Below are positions 8,142-17,540 of a stretch of DNA of 51,009 bases, piece after piece. Source of the DNA: Dehalococcoidia bacterium (GTDB taxonomy: Bacteria; Chloroflexota; Dehalococcoidia; UBA2979); assembly GCA_022451865.1 (NCBI GenBank), contig JAKUNM010000004.1:1-51009 (forward strand). Direction: 5' to 3'. The position numbers and the translations under genes are program-made. The notes under the pieces were generated by a model, which ran no database searches, was not told the origin of the DNA, and saw only the letters and a program-made list of their open reading frames with translations. The stretch's first letter is position 1; each line of letters opens with the position of its first letter.

Positions 8142-9343
8142 TAAAGTGCACCAACATCACGTAATTGAGTAATTTCTTCCCAGCTATAACCGATTTCTAA
8201 CAAATATTCTTCAGTGTGCATTCCTAGTTCTGGTCCTCCTCCACTAATTTTAGTTGGCGTAACACTCATTTTTATAGGTGGACCCGGTACTTGCATTGTT
8301 CCTAATTGTGCATGTTCAATTTCTTGAAAATAACCATTTTCCCAAAACTGTTCATGTTCAACTACCCCAGCATAATCTAATACAGGAGCATGAGGTACAT
8401 CAGCTTTGGCTAAGGGATCTAACCAATCTTCCATTGGTCGCTCCTTAAAAATTTCCCCCAGAACTATTACAAGCTCATCTTTATTGGCAGCTCTGCCGAA
8501 TGGATCTGAGAATCTTTTATCTTCTTGGAGTTCTGGGTGATTTAATGCGGTACACATTCTCTCCCAAAAACGTTGTGTATTTGCTGCAATTGCAATGTGT
8601 TTGCCGTCAGCACATTCGTAATTTGTATATGTTGCTGCCCTACGTCGTTCAAAACCACTTTGAAATGCAGTTCTTAAAAATCTCGTAAATTGCATTGATT
8701 GCATGGCTGTCATTCCAGCAATTAAGGAGACATCAACATGCTGCCCAACTCCTTGACGTTCTCGAGCTACAATTGCTGAACTCACACCTAAAGCTAAAAG
8801 AATTGCACCTACCTGATCAGAAAAACCTCCAATTAGCGCATGTGGTTCACCATTTGGGCCATCTCCTTGCTCATACATAACACCACTCAATGCTTGTCCA
8901 ACATGATCATATCCAGGACGATTTGCCCATGGACCTACACGTCCCCATGAAGAACCAGATGCAACGATAATGTCCTCTCGTATTTTCTTCAGGTCATCGT
9001 ACCCAAGCCCCCATTTTTCCATAGCGCCTGGTCTAAAATTTTCTACTACTACATCAACAGAAGGGATAAAGCGTTTGACAACGCCTATTGCCTCTTTTTT
9101 TCTTAAATTAAGAGTGATGCTCCTTTTACTTCTGTTATAGCCTTCAAAATATGCTGAAAAACCATTTTCATCACGACCGTTTGCTCGACCTGGTTCTCCA
9201 CCGGGCTCTTCAATTTTTATAACTTCCGCACCCATTTCAGCTAATAACATGGTTGCAAAAGGGCCTTGTTGGTAACGTGTAAAATCGAGAATGCGTATTC
9301 CTGATAATGCACCTTTGGAATTATCTGATGTGTTCTCTTCCAT
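8141..9343 (-). CDS. Family III CoA-transferase (CaiB/BaiF/Frc family)
   Basis: GIRILDFTRYQQGPFATMLLAEMGAEVIKIE N-terminus and a central GFSDQ segment carrying the family's catalytic Asp. Start chosen at ATG 9343 (MEENTS...), preceded by GAGG 5 nt upstream. The ORF extends to 9373. Confidence 0.85.
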   Translation of the reverse strand: MEENTSDNSKGALSGIRILDFTRYQQGPFATMLLAEMGAEVIKIEEPGGEPGRANGRDENGFSAYFEGYNRSKRSITLNLRKKEAIGVVKRFIPSVDVVVENFRPGAMEKWGLGYDDLKKIREDIIVASGSSWGRVGPWANRPGYDHVGQALSGVMYEQGDGPNGEPHALIGGFSDQVGAILLALGVSSAIVARERQGVGQHVDVSLIAGMTAMQSMQFTRFLRTAFQSGFERRRAATYTNYECADGKHIAIAANTQRFWERMCTALNHPELQEDKRFSDPFGRAANKDELVIVLGEIFKERPMEDWLDPLAKADVPHAPVLDYAGVVEHEQFWENGYFQEIEHAQLGTMQVPGPPIKMSVTPTKISGGGPELGMHTEEYLLEIGYSWEEITQLRDVGAL

Positions 9344-9423
9344 AACTACCTCGTTACTAATATAAAACGACAATACTCAGAATGTTACTCGCATTGTTTA
9401 ACATTAATGATTACGATGCAAGC

Positions 9424-10560
9424 ATGGTTGATAAAAGTAAAGTTGCTATTGTCGGAATTGGTGAGACCGAATACTCGAGAGAATCAGGGCGCTCAGAGTT
9501 AGTGTTAACTTTGGAAGCCATTATGGCAGCACTTGAGGATGCAGGTATTAACCCTCATGAAGTAGATGGATTAATGCGCTGGTCAGTAGATACTTCCAGT
9601 GAAGCAATTGTTGCAGAAAATTTGGGTGTTAAAAGTCTTAATTGGTTTGGTGATATTAATCAGGCAGGTAATGTTGGTGCGGCGTTAGTTGCAAGTGCAT
9701 GTGCTGCAATTCGTTCAAATTTAGCTGAGACAATTGTTATATATCGTGGTGTGAATGGCAGATCTGGAAGAAGATATGGTAGTGGTGCAGTGACCGGTAG
9801 ACGTGGGCAAGGTTTAGGTGCATTTTCTGAACCTTTTGGATTATTAACACCTCAACATGGTTTAGCCATGATGACACAACGCCGGATGTACGAAACTGGG
9901 ATCACTAGTCGTCATTTTGGGATGGTGTCTGTTACAGAACGTTTTCATGCTAATCGTAATCCTCGTGCCACATTTTTTGATCGCCCTCTAACAATTGAAG
10001 ACCATCAGAATTCTCGTTTTGTTGTAGAACCGTTTAGATTGTTTGATTGCTGTTTGGAGACTGATGGTGGTGGCGCGATAGTTTTAACATCATTAGAGAG
10101 AGCAAAGTCACTACGTAAGCCACCAGCAGTAGTGAGAGCAGCGGCTCAACATGCCTATGCTTCTACTCGAGACTATACTGATACTGCAGCAAAATTTATT
10201 GCACCTCGTTTATGGTCTCAAGCTCAAATTACTCCTTCTGAGGTAAGTGTGGCCCAAATATATGATCATTTTTCTCCTTTTGTTATTTTTGCTTTAGAAG
10301 ATTATGGATTTGTTGCACGTGGTGAGGGTGGTGATTTTGTCGAATCAGGTCAAATGAGTTGGGATGGAGGTATCTTGCCAGTGAATACTTCGGGCGGTCA
10401 TTTATCAGAGGCATATATGCAAGGTATGAACCAGTTATTAGAAGGGGTTCGTCAAGTTAGAGGAACATCAACATCTCAAGTGCAAGATGTCAATTTTTCA
10501 TTCGTTGATACAGGGATTGGTACAGGTGCTTTAATATTGGAGCCAGACATCTATGGATAA
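9424..10560 (+). CDS. Thiolase-like protein, SCP-x / nonspecific lipid-transfer type
   Basis: VAIVGIGETEYSR N-terminus, FDCCLETDGGGAIVL, NTSGGHLSEAY. Start is uncertain: the ORF opens at 9382, and ATG 9424 (MVDKSKVAIVG) fits the family N-terminus. Confidence 0.8.
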   Translation: MVDKSKVAIVGIGETEYSRESGRSELVLTLEAIMAALEDAGINPHEVDGLMRWSVDTSSEAIVAENLGVKSLNWFGDINQAGNVGAALVASACAAIRSNLAETIVIYRGVNGRSGRRYGSGAVTGRRGQGLGAFSEPFGLLTPQHGLAMMTQRRMYETGITSRHFGMVSVTERFHANRNPRATFFDRPLTIEDHQNSRFVVEPFRLFDCCLETDGGGAIVLTSLERAKSLRKPPAVVRAAAQHAYASTRDYTDTAAKFIAPRLWSQAQITPSEVSVAQIYDHFSPFVIFALEDYGFVARGEGGDFVESGQMSWDGGILPVNTSGGHLSEAYMQGMNQLLEGVRQVRGTSTSQVQDVNFSFVDTGIGTGALILEPDIYG

Positions 10561-10984
10561 ACAAAAAGATATTATGATCCCAGAACCTCTCTTAATGCCT
10601 GTAATTGAAGTAGAGCATTCTTTCTTTTGGGAATCGCTATCAAAAAATGAGTTACGAATACAAAAGTGTTCTAACTGTGCTATTTTGCGATATCCACCGA
10701 ATCCAATGTGCTCTCAATGTCAGTTTTTTGAACACAGTTGGGAATTAATGAGCGGTAATGGAGAGATTTTTAGTTACGTAGTGACACATCAGCCAACGCA
10801 TTCTGCGTTTCGCGATCGCACTCCCCTTGCAACGGTGATAGTTGAATTAGATGAAGGTCCGCGTTTGGTTAGTAATATTCTGAACATAAGCCCATCAGAA
10901 ATTAAGATTGGAATGAAGGTACGAGTTGTATTCCAAAAAATGGATGATGAAATAACATTACCGTTTTTTGAATTAATCGATTAA
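10553..10984 (+). CDS. DUF35-type OB-fold / zinc-ribbon protein (thiolase partner subunit)
   Basis: 143 aa. Zn ribbon CSNCAILRYPPNPMCSQC, then GEIFSYVV...VELDEGPRLVSNI...GMKVRVVF. Overlaps the upstream thiolase gene by 8 nt, which suggests coupled translation. Confidence 0.8.
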   Translation: MDKQKDIMIPEPLLMPVIEVEHSFFWESLSKNELRIQKCSNCAILRYPPNPMCSQCQFFEHSWELMSGNGEIFSYVVTHQPTHSAFRDRTPLATVIVELDEGPRLVSNILNISPSEIKIGMKVRVVFQKMDDEITLPFFELID

Positions 10985-11094
10985 TATTCTTTTGTTGGGG
11001 TAGAAGATGCCCTAATCTGTAGACGTGTAGATTGAATTTAAATGTGAGTTGTTTGAAAAATCTCTAACAATAAGGGGGAGTATCTTGGCTAAGA

Positions 11095-12746
11095 TAAGTG
11101 GACATCAAATCATTGCAAAAGCACTCAAAACACAGGGTGTTGAAAACATGTATGGAGTAGTAGGAATTCCAGTAAATATCATTGCAGACTCATCACAACG
11201 TGAGGGCATTAATTATATTGGGATGCGCCACGAGATGCCTGCAACTTATGCAGCGCAAGCTAGTTCTTATTTAAGTGGTCGTATTGGTGCTGCTCTTGTC
11301 GTTTCTGGTCCTGGTGCATTAAATGCAGTTGGTGCATTTGCAAATGCTTGGTCTAATCGATGGCCATTATTGCTCTTAGGTGGTGCTGGTGAAGCTAATG
11401 GTGTTGATATGGGTTTTTTTCAGGAAGCTGAACAAGTGGCTGCCATGGCTCCCTATGCGAAGTATGCAAAAAGAGTAGAGAAGGCAGAAAGACTTCCCAT
11501 TTATATTGCCGAAGCAGTGAAGAAGTCACTAATGGGTGTTCCTGGTCCTTCATATTTGGATTTACCTGGTGATATTATTACAGCTGAAGTAGAAGAATCT
11601 GATGTTCAGTGGGCGGAAAGAGTACCCGATCCTCCGCGATTAATGTCTGATCCTAATGATGTTCGTGCAGCTATCGAAGCAATCAAAACTGCTGAACAAC
11701 CACTTGTTATCTTTGGGAAAGGTATTGCTGCATCTAGGGCTGAGGCTGAGATGCGACAATTTGTTGAGAAAACAGGTATTCCTTATTTAGCAATGCCTAT
11801 GGCTAAGGGAATAATTCCCGATGATCATGAATTGGCATCTGCAGCTGCAAGATCGTTTGTATTGTCAAACACTGATTTAATTTTTCTTGCGGGAGCTCGT
11901 TTGAATTGGATGTTGCATTTTGGCCTACCTCCAAGATTCCGACCTGATGTACGGGTTGTACAACTAGATTTCAATCCTGAAGAGATTGGCGTTAATGTTG
12001 ATACTGAAGTGGCCCTTATTGGCGATGCTAAACAAACACTTGGGCAAATGCTTGATGTACTTGAACAAGATCCATGGGAATTTCCACAAGATTCCGAATG
12101 GTTGCAATCTGTTCGTGCTGAAGCACGTCAAAATGCTGAAGCTATTCAGTCGATGTATGACGATCATTCTACTCCTTTGCAGTATTATCCAGCTCTTAAG
12201 TCGATTGACGATGCTTTAGAACGTGATGCAATAATTGTTGCTGAAGGTGCGTCGACAATGGATATAAGTCGCACAGTATTAAATAATTACGAGGCAAGGA
12301 CTCGATTAGATGCTGGTTCGTTTGGATCAATGGGACTTGGACATGGTTTTGCTGTCGCAGCTCAGGTTGAATACCCCAATCGACGTGTATTATGTTTGCA
12401 AGGAGATGGAGCTTTTGGGTTTGCTGGTACAGAATGTGAAGTTGCAGTGAGATATAATCTTCCTATTACTTGGGTAGTTTTTAACAATGGTGGTATTGGT
12501 GGACATACTCAAGAACAGATTGATAGTGGTACTGTACCGCCGGGTGCGATGAGTCCAGGTGCGCGATACGACTTAATGATGGAAGGTTTAGGTGGTAAAG
12601 GTTACCAAGCTGAAACAATTGATGAATTGAATGCAGCTTTAGATGATGCATTCAAACTTGGCGGCCCCTCATTAATTAATGTACCTATAGCTGCTGATGC
12701 TAAAAGGAAACCACAAAAATTTGGCTGGCTTACTAGTACTACCTAG
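11095..12746 (+). CDS. ThDP-dependent oxalyl-CoA decarboxylase / 2-hydroxyacyl-CoA lyase-like enzyme
   Basis: N-terminal MYGVVGIPV...GMRHEMPATYAAQA...VVSGPGALNAV and the C-terminal ThDP motif GDGAFGF...NNGGIGG. By my recollection the overall pattern matches Oxc/HACL rather than acetolactate synthase. Start chosen at TTG 11095, 4 nt after the strong SD AAGGGGGAG. The ORF track starts at TTG 11049. Confidence 0.8.
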
Positions 12747-12787
12747 TAGGGTGGTTTTGTTTATGAATTTCTGCATAAAGGATTGAG

Positions 12788-13660
12788 ATGACTACGTATC
12801 GTCCTATGCCAAAGTTTGAAACTGGTCCCGTTGAAATTGGTAATAATTTGTTTGCTTATTTGCAATGGAATGGTGGCTGGGGGATTAGTAATGCAGGTTT
12901 TTTGGTGAGTGATGATAGTTTGCTGGTTATTGATGCATTGATGGCACCTAGTATGGCTCATGAATTTGTTCGGTGTATGCGTGACATAAGTAGTTCACCA
13001 TTCGGTCACTTAATCAATACCCACTCTCATCCTGATCATACAAATGGCAACCAATTTATTGAGAATGCTGAAATCGTAGCGCATGAACATTGTCGTGATG
13101 AAATGTTGCAAGCTAAATCACTAAGGAAAATCAATGGTCGTGGTGATAAGCCAGGATGGATTCAAGATGCTTGGTGGGATGAACTTGAAAACGTGGATAT
13201 CGTTTTGCCAACGACCACTTATAGTGAAAAAATGTCATTAATGTATGGAAGTACTGAAGTTGAATTACTACATTACGGTCCAGCACATACATTGGGTGAT
13301 TCTTTAGTCTATTTTCCAGAGTCTAAGATATTATTTACTGGCGATCTTGCATTTTTTTATGCGATGCCTCTTTGCAGGGGTAACATGCCAAATTGGGTTA
13401 AAATATGTGAAATCATTGATGGGATGGATGTTGATTTAATTATTCCTGGTCATGGACCTACAGGTGGTAAAAGAGAATTACAAGATATGCAAGAATTTAT
13501 GCAATTTATGGTTAAAGAAGCAAAAGAGTGTTTTGAAAATGGGATGTCTGAGGAAGAGGCTGATAAAGCCATTGATATAGGAGATTGGGCTAAATGGCCA
13601 GAAGCTGAGAGGAAAACTATGAATATCAGTAGTCTCTATAGCACTTTTCAATCTCAATAG
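12788..13660 (+). CDS. MBL-fold metallo-hydrolase
   Basis: 290 aa. THSHPDHTNG (HxHxDH), GPAHTLGD, FTGDL and PGHGP motifs. Confidence 0.8.
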   Translation: MTTYRPMPKFETGPVEIGNNLFAYLQWNGGWGISNAGFLVSDDSLLVIDALMAPSMAHEFVRCMRDISSSPFGHLINTHSHPDHTNGNQFIENAEIVAHEHCRDEMLQAKSLRKINGRGDKPGWIQDAWWDELENVDIVLPTTTYSEKMSLMYGSTEVELLHYGPAHTLGDSLVYFPESKILFTGDLAFFYAMPLCRGNMPNWVKICEIIDGMDVDLIIPGHGPTGGKRELQDMQEFMQFMVKEAKECFENGMSEEEADKAIDIGDWAKWPEAERKTMNISSLYSTFQSQ

Positions 13661-13670
13661 GGGAAAAATT

Positions 13671-14522
13671 ATGAATGATGATGGAATGACTACCATAGGA
13701 TTACTACATCCAGGTTCAATGGGATCTTCTATAGGCGCTGCTACTCGTGCTTCAGGTGCTCGAGTAGTTTGGGCCTCAGAAGGAAGAAGTGAAGCATCCA
13801 AACAGCGAGCCGCACAAGACGATTTAGAAGATGTTGGTTGGTTAAATGCAATCGTTAATCAAAGCAAAATTATTTTATCTATTTGTCCTCCTGAGAATGC
13901 GATTGAAGTAGCGGAAGAGGTCTTTAGTCTAGGTTTTCGTGGTATTTATGTTGATGCAAATGCTATTGCCCCTGATACCAGTCGTCATATTTCAGATATT
14001 GTTGATTCTAATAATGCAACTTATGTTGATGGGGGAATTATTGGAGGTCCTGCACGCAAACCAGGATCTACACGATTATATTTAGCTGGGAATTCTGCTA
14101 ATTATGTTTCCCAATTCATGGACAAAGGTGATCTTGGAGTTGTTTGTATTGATGATGCTGATATTGGTGCTGCATCTGCACTTAAGATGGCTTACTCTGC
14201 CTGGACAAAAGGTAGTAGTGCATTATTGACTAATGTTTTAGCACTGGCAATTTCTGAACGTGTGGACACTGTTTTAATCGATGAATGGAAACTTTCTCAA
14301 CAAGCATTACTTGAGAGAACAGAAACTAATTTGCCTGTTGTTGCAGCCAAAGCTTGGAGATTTGTAGGTGAAATGTTAGAAATGGCAAAAACTTTCGAAG
14401 CCAATGATTTACCACCAGGTTTCCATCAAGCTGCTGCAGAAGTTTACACTCATTTAGTTGATTTTAAGGATGATCCCGAAGCACCTGGTGGTTTGGATTT
14501 AGCGAAACATTTACTCGACTAA
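13671..14522 (+). CDS. NAD(P)-binding oxidoreductase, 6-phosphogluconate/3-hydroxyisobutyrate dehydrogenase-like (DUF1932-type C-terminus)
   Basis: 283 aa. N-terminal Rossmann-like IGLLHPGSMGSSIGA, SICPP, and a helical C-terminal domain AASALKMAYSAWTKG. The family assignment rests on pattern recognition only. Confidence 0.6.
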   Translation: MNDDGMTTIGLLHPGSMGSSIGAATRASGARVVWASEGRSEASKQRAAQDDLEDVGWLNAIVNQSKIILSICPPENAIEVAEEVFSLGFRGIYVDANAIAPDTSRHISDIVDSNNATYVDGGIIGGPARKPGSTRLYLAGNSANYVSQFMDKGDLGVVCIDDADIGAASALKMAYSAWTKGSSALLTNVLALAISERVDTVLIDEWKLSQQALLERTETNLPVVAAKAWRFVGEMLEMAKTFEANDLPPGFHQAAAEVYTHLVDFKDDPEAPGGLDLAKHLLD

Positions 14523-14595
14523 TTATTCGAAACATAATTATGTCTATAAATTGAGATAATATAACCCTATGCATCTATCAATCTTAGGCGTCAAT

Positions 14596-15105
14596 ATGGT
14601 GATGAATCAATTTAAGTTCCTATCCATTATTTATATTGGTATTGCTTTTATCTTTATATCCTGTTCAGGTCAGGAAAGCACTACCAGTGCTGAATTAAAT
14701 GATTCTAGAGATACTTTAGCGGTGGAAAGTACTTTACCTGCTGTAATGGTTAGTAGTGATTATGAGATCCCGAAAGGTTATGTTGATAATACCGGAGCGT
14801 ATATACCTCAAAATGGTAAACCTACTATTGTTTTTGTTGATTCAATTTGGTGAATGTCGTGTGCGAGAGCAAGGCCCGTGGTTCACGGTCTAAGAATGGA
14901 ATATCAAGATAGAATTAATTTCGTCATACTAGATTATATGATATCTGAACAGAGAGAATTTGCCTCTATCATGTCAGTCGCTGGTCATCCTGCTTTTGCA
15001 GTTATTGACGTCAGTCAAGGTCCAGAAGATGCTCGTAATCAAACATTTGGATTTCAGGACGAGTCAAAGTTACGGTCAATTTTAGAAGAATTAATAGCTA
15101 TATAA
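14596..15105 (+). CDS. Candidate selenocysteine-containing thioredoxin-fold lipoprotein (UxxC), with in-frame TGA at 14851..14853
   Basis: ORFs 14569..14853 and 14854..15105 share one frame and are separated only by TGA. The joined product has a lipoprotein-like signal (FLSIIYIGIAFIFISCSGQ), then GKPTIVFVDSIW-[TGA]-MSCARARPVVHGLRMEYQDRINFVILDY...AGHPAFAVID. This is the thioredoxin layout: beta1, W-C-x-x-C, alpha1, cis-Pro. Start could be 14569, 14596 or 14602. Confidence 0.55.
14872..14891 (+). promoter_or_regulatory. SECIS-like hairpin 18 nt downstream of the in-frame TGA
   Basis: AGG(C)CCGTG-GTT-CACGGTCT: a 5-bp GC-rich upper stem, a bulged C, a 3-bp lower stem (one G:U pair), and an apical loop GUU. 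The loop starts 30 nt after the U of the UGA. Confidence 0.4.
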
Positions 15106-15199
15106 TTGTCCTAAAGTTGGCAGATTTCTAAATAGTTGAGAAAATCTTTTCTATGATCACTCGTAAGTTCAACTACTAAGGCCATCGCTTTGCATCTTA

Positions 15200-16519
15200 C
15201 TAACCACAAATATTTCGGACTGTTTTGTGGAGAACTTGCATTCCTAATCTTAGGTTATCAATTGAGACGCATTCATCATTGCCATGTCCTCGACCAACTT
15301 CTTGGTCACCTAAAAGAAAAGGTACAAATCCATAGGCTGGAGTCCCGCGTCTTCGAAAAACTCGCGAATCGGTAAAACCAGTTGATACACTTGGTAAAAC
15401 AATTGAATCTTCTACGGCATCTTTGGCAGTTGCTACCATTATTTCATACAGTTCAGTATCCATTCTGGAAGGTGGTGTTGAGGATTCAAATTCTCGGGTA
15501 ATTTGTACCTGTGGATCGTTGATTACATCCTCTAATTCTTTCATGAATTGCTCGCGATCATACCCTGGTACTAAACGACAATCCAAAGTTGCGGAGGCAC
15601 CTGCAGGAATGACATTCATTTTTACTCCTGCATTGATTGTTGTTAGTGATATTGAATTAGTTTGAAGTGATTTTAATCGTGGATTACCTTGAGCAAGTTT
15701 TTCTAAATAATCAGATGAAGGCGGAGCTTCAAGAATTCCATGGTCGTATAATTGTTGAAAATATTCAATTACCTCTGGAGTTTGTATGTAGGGTCGTTCC
15801 CAATTTGAAATTTTTTCTAGGGCACTAACCAATCTTACGGCAGCGTTGTCTGTAGTTGGAACTGAACCATGACCTGGAGTACCGATAGTATTAAGCGTTA
15901 CCCAGAAAGGACCTTTTTCAGAAACTCCAATATTAAACGTAGGACGTTCGTGTCCTAATATTTCTGATGTCCCGCAACCACCTTCATTAATTACATAGGC
16001 ACATTCTAGTAATTCTGGATGTTCACGATCGAAGTACTCGACTCCAAAGCTCGATCCGGCCTCTTCATCTGCTATTGCCATGAAAATCAAGTCTCTTTTT
16101 AGTGGTAAATTATGACGTTTATGTAATAGGAAAGTGATTAATTCGATTATTCCCATTCCTTTCATGTCGATAGCACCACGTCCCCAGATAAAGCCATCAC
16201 TGACTTCACCTCCCATTGGCTCTTTTGTCCAGTGTTCACGTTCAAAAGGAACGACATCTGTGTGATTAAGTAGAATTAGGCCATCTCCACGCGATCCATC
16301 TCCTTCAAGTTTAGCTACTAGTGATTGTCTACTTTCTGTCGGTCCATACATGTCATATTTGATGCCTTCTGCATCTAAAATTTCTGCAAACCATTTAGCA
16401 GCTCGCGTTTCATTCCCAGGCGGATTGATTGTGTCAACACGTAGATACTCAGAGAGAAGATCCGTTGCTTCATCTGTTAAAGTATTCCAATCAATTATTG
16501 AATTGGTTGTGTCACTCAT
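15200..16519 (-). CDS. M20-family metallopeptidase (ArgE/DapE/ACY1/CPG2-like dipeptidase)
   Basis: 439 aa. LLNHTDVVP, GRGAIDMKG, ADEEAGS and INEGG motifs in M20 order. Confidence 0.85.
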   Translation of the reverse strand: MSDTTNSIIDWNTLTDEATDLLSEYLRVDTINPPGNETRAAKWFAEILDAEGIKYDMYGPTESRQSLVAKLEGDGSRGDGLILLNHTDVVPFEREHWTKEPMGGEVSDGFIWGRGAIDMKGMGIIELITFLLHKRHNLPLKRDLIFMAIADEEAGSSFGVEYFDREHPELLECAYVINEGGCGTSEILGHERPTFNIGVSEKGPFWVTLNTIGTPGHGSVPTTDNAAVRLVSALEKISNWERPYIQTPEVIEYFQQLYDHGILEAPPSSDYLEKLAQGNPRLKSLQTNSISLTTINAGVKMNVIPAGASATLDCRLVPGYDREQFMKELEDVINDPQVQITREFESSTPPSRMDTELYEIMVATAKDAVEDSIVLPSVSTGFTDSRVFRRRGTPAYGFVPFLLGDQEVGRGHGNDECVSIDNLRLGMQVLHKTVRNICG

Positions 16520-16522
16520 ATT

Positions 16523-17521
16523 ATGCCGCCTTCGAGTATGTTTTATAATCAGATATTCTTAAATTGCATTTCTTCTAAAATAAGACTAGCTGTAATTTTG
16601 TTAGATGGGAATACAAAATTGATAAAGAATGCAACGCATAAAAATTGGCTACTGCTTGGATTGAGTGTTTTTGCAATTTCATGGAGTGGTCCATTAATAC
16701 GACTAGCATTTCCTATCCCTGTATTGGTAATAGTATTTGTAAGACTAGGGTTTGCTTTTTTGATCATGCTTTTTTTCTCTTGGTATCTAAAAGAGAAAAA
16801 TAATTATAGTTTTACTCGAAATTCTAATCTTCTTCTTATATTAGCTGGGTTGTCTCTAGGAGCTCACTTTTGGTTTTGGACAGAATCGTTGAAGCATACC
16901 TCAATTATAATATCTGTCGTACTGGTAACACTGCATCCAATATTTGTTGGCTTTGGCGCATATTTTTTTCTAAAAGAGCCATTTAGTCGAAGTCTTGTTT
17001 TTGGAACTTTGATTGCATTGTTAGGTACATTAATTATGACCGGTATGGATACTAGTTTGCAGAACTCATTATGGGGGAATTTTCTCGCTCTTATGGGGGG
17101 TGTGTTTTTCAGTATATTTTTGGTTATTAGCAAAGCTATGCGTAAACAATTCTCAACTTTTAGTTATAGTGCCATTGTATATGGTTTGGCCACATTATTT
17201 ATAAGCTTTACGTTTATATTTTCTGATGTTCAATTTGTTACGGTTGCTCCCAGTGCATATTGGGCATTGATTGGAATTGTTGTACTCCCTCAATTAATCG
17301 GTCATACGACTATTAATTGGACATTAGGTGTTTTCCCTGCGGCAATAGTCGGGGTTGCAATTGTTTGTGAACCAATTGGGGCGTCTTTACTTGCAGTAGT
17401 TTTACTCGGTGAAATTCCGACATTATTTGAAATGTTAGGTGCTTTAATTATTGTTAGCGGCGTGTATATTGCAATTAGAAGTCGTGCTGTAGTATCCAAT
17501 GATAAAAAAATATGCATATGA
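16523..17521 (+). CDS. EamA/DMT-superfamily transporter
   Basis: About 10 predicted hydrophobic helices in two EamA-like halves. The real start is probably downstream of 16523, for example TTG near 16619 giving MIKNATHKNWLLLGLSVFAISW. ATG 16523 is only 3 nt from the divergent M20 start. Confidence 0.75.
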   Translation: MPPSSMFYNQIFLNCISSKIRLAVILLDGNTKLIKNATHKNWLLLGLSVFAISWSGPLIRLAFPIPVLVIVFVRLGFAFLIMLFFSWYLKEKNNYSFTRNSNLLLILAGLSLGAHFWFWTESLKHTSIIISVVLVTLHPIFVGFGAYFFLKEPFSRSLVFGTLIALLGTLIMTGMDTSLQNSLWGNFLALMGGVFFSIFLVISKAMRKQFSTFSYSAIVYGLATLFISFTFIFSDVQFVTVAPSAYWALIGIVVLPQLIGHTTINWTLGVFPAAIVGVAIVCEPIGASLLAVVLLGEIPTLFEMLGALIIVSGVYIAIRSRAVVSNDKKICI

Positions 17522-17540
17522 ATAATTATTGAGGTGAGTT

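Noticed and set aside
14851-14853. Alternative explanations for the in-frame TGA: a reassigned genetic code (TGA = Trp/Gly), or two coupled small genes (TGAATG)
   Set aside because: Code reassignment is rejected because well-conserved genes end at TGA at their expected C-termini (eno, the CoA-transferase at 18779, the EamA transporter). Two separate genes is disfavoured because the break bisects a single thioredoxin fold at the catalytic residue. A pseudogene or sequencing error cannot be excluded and is listed as a refutation test.
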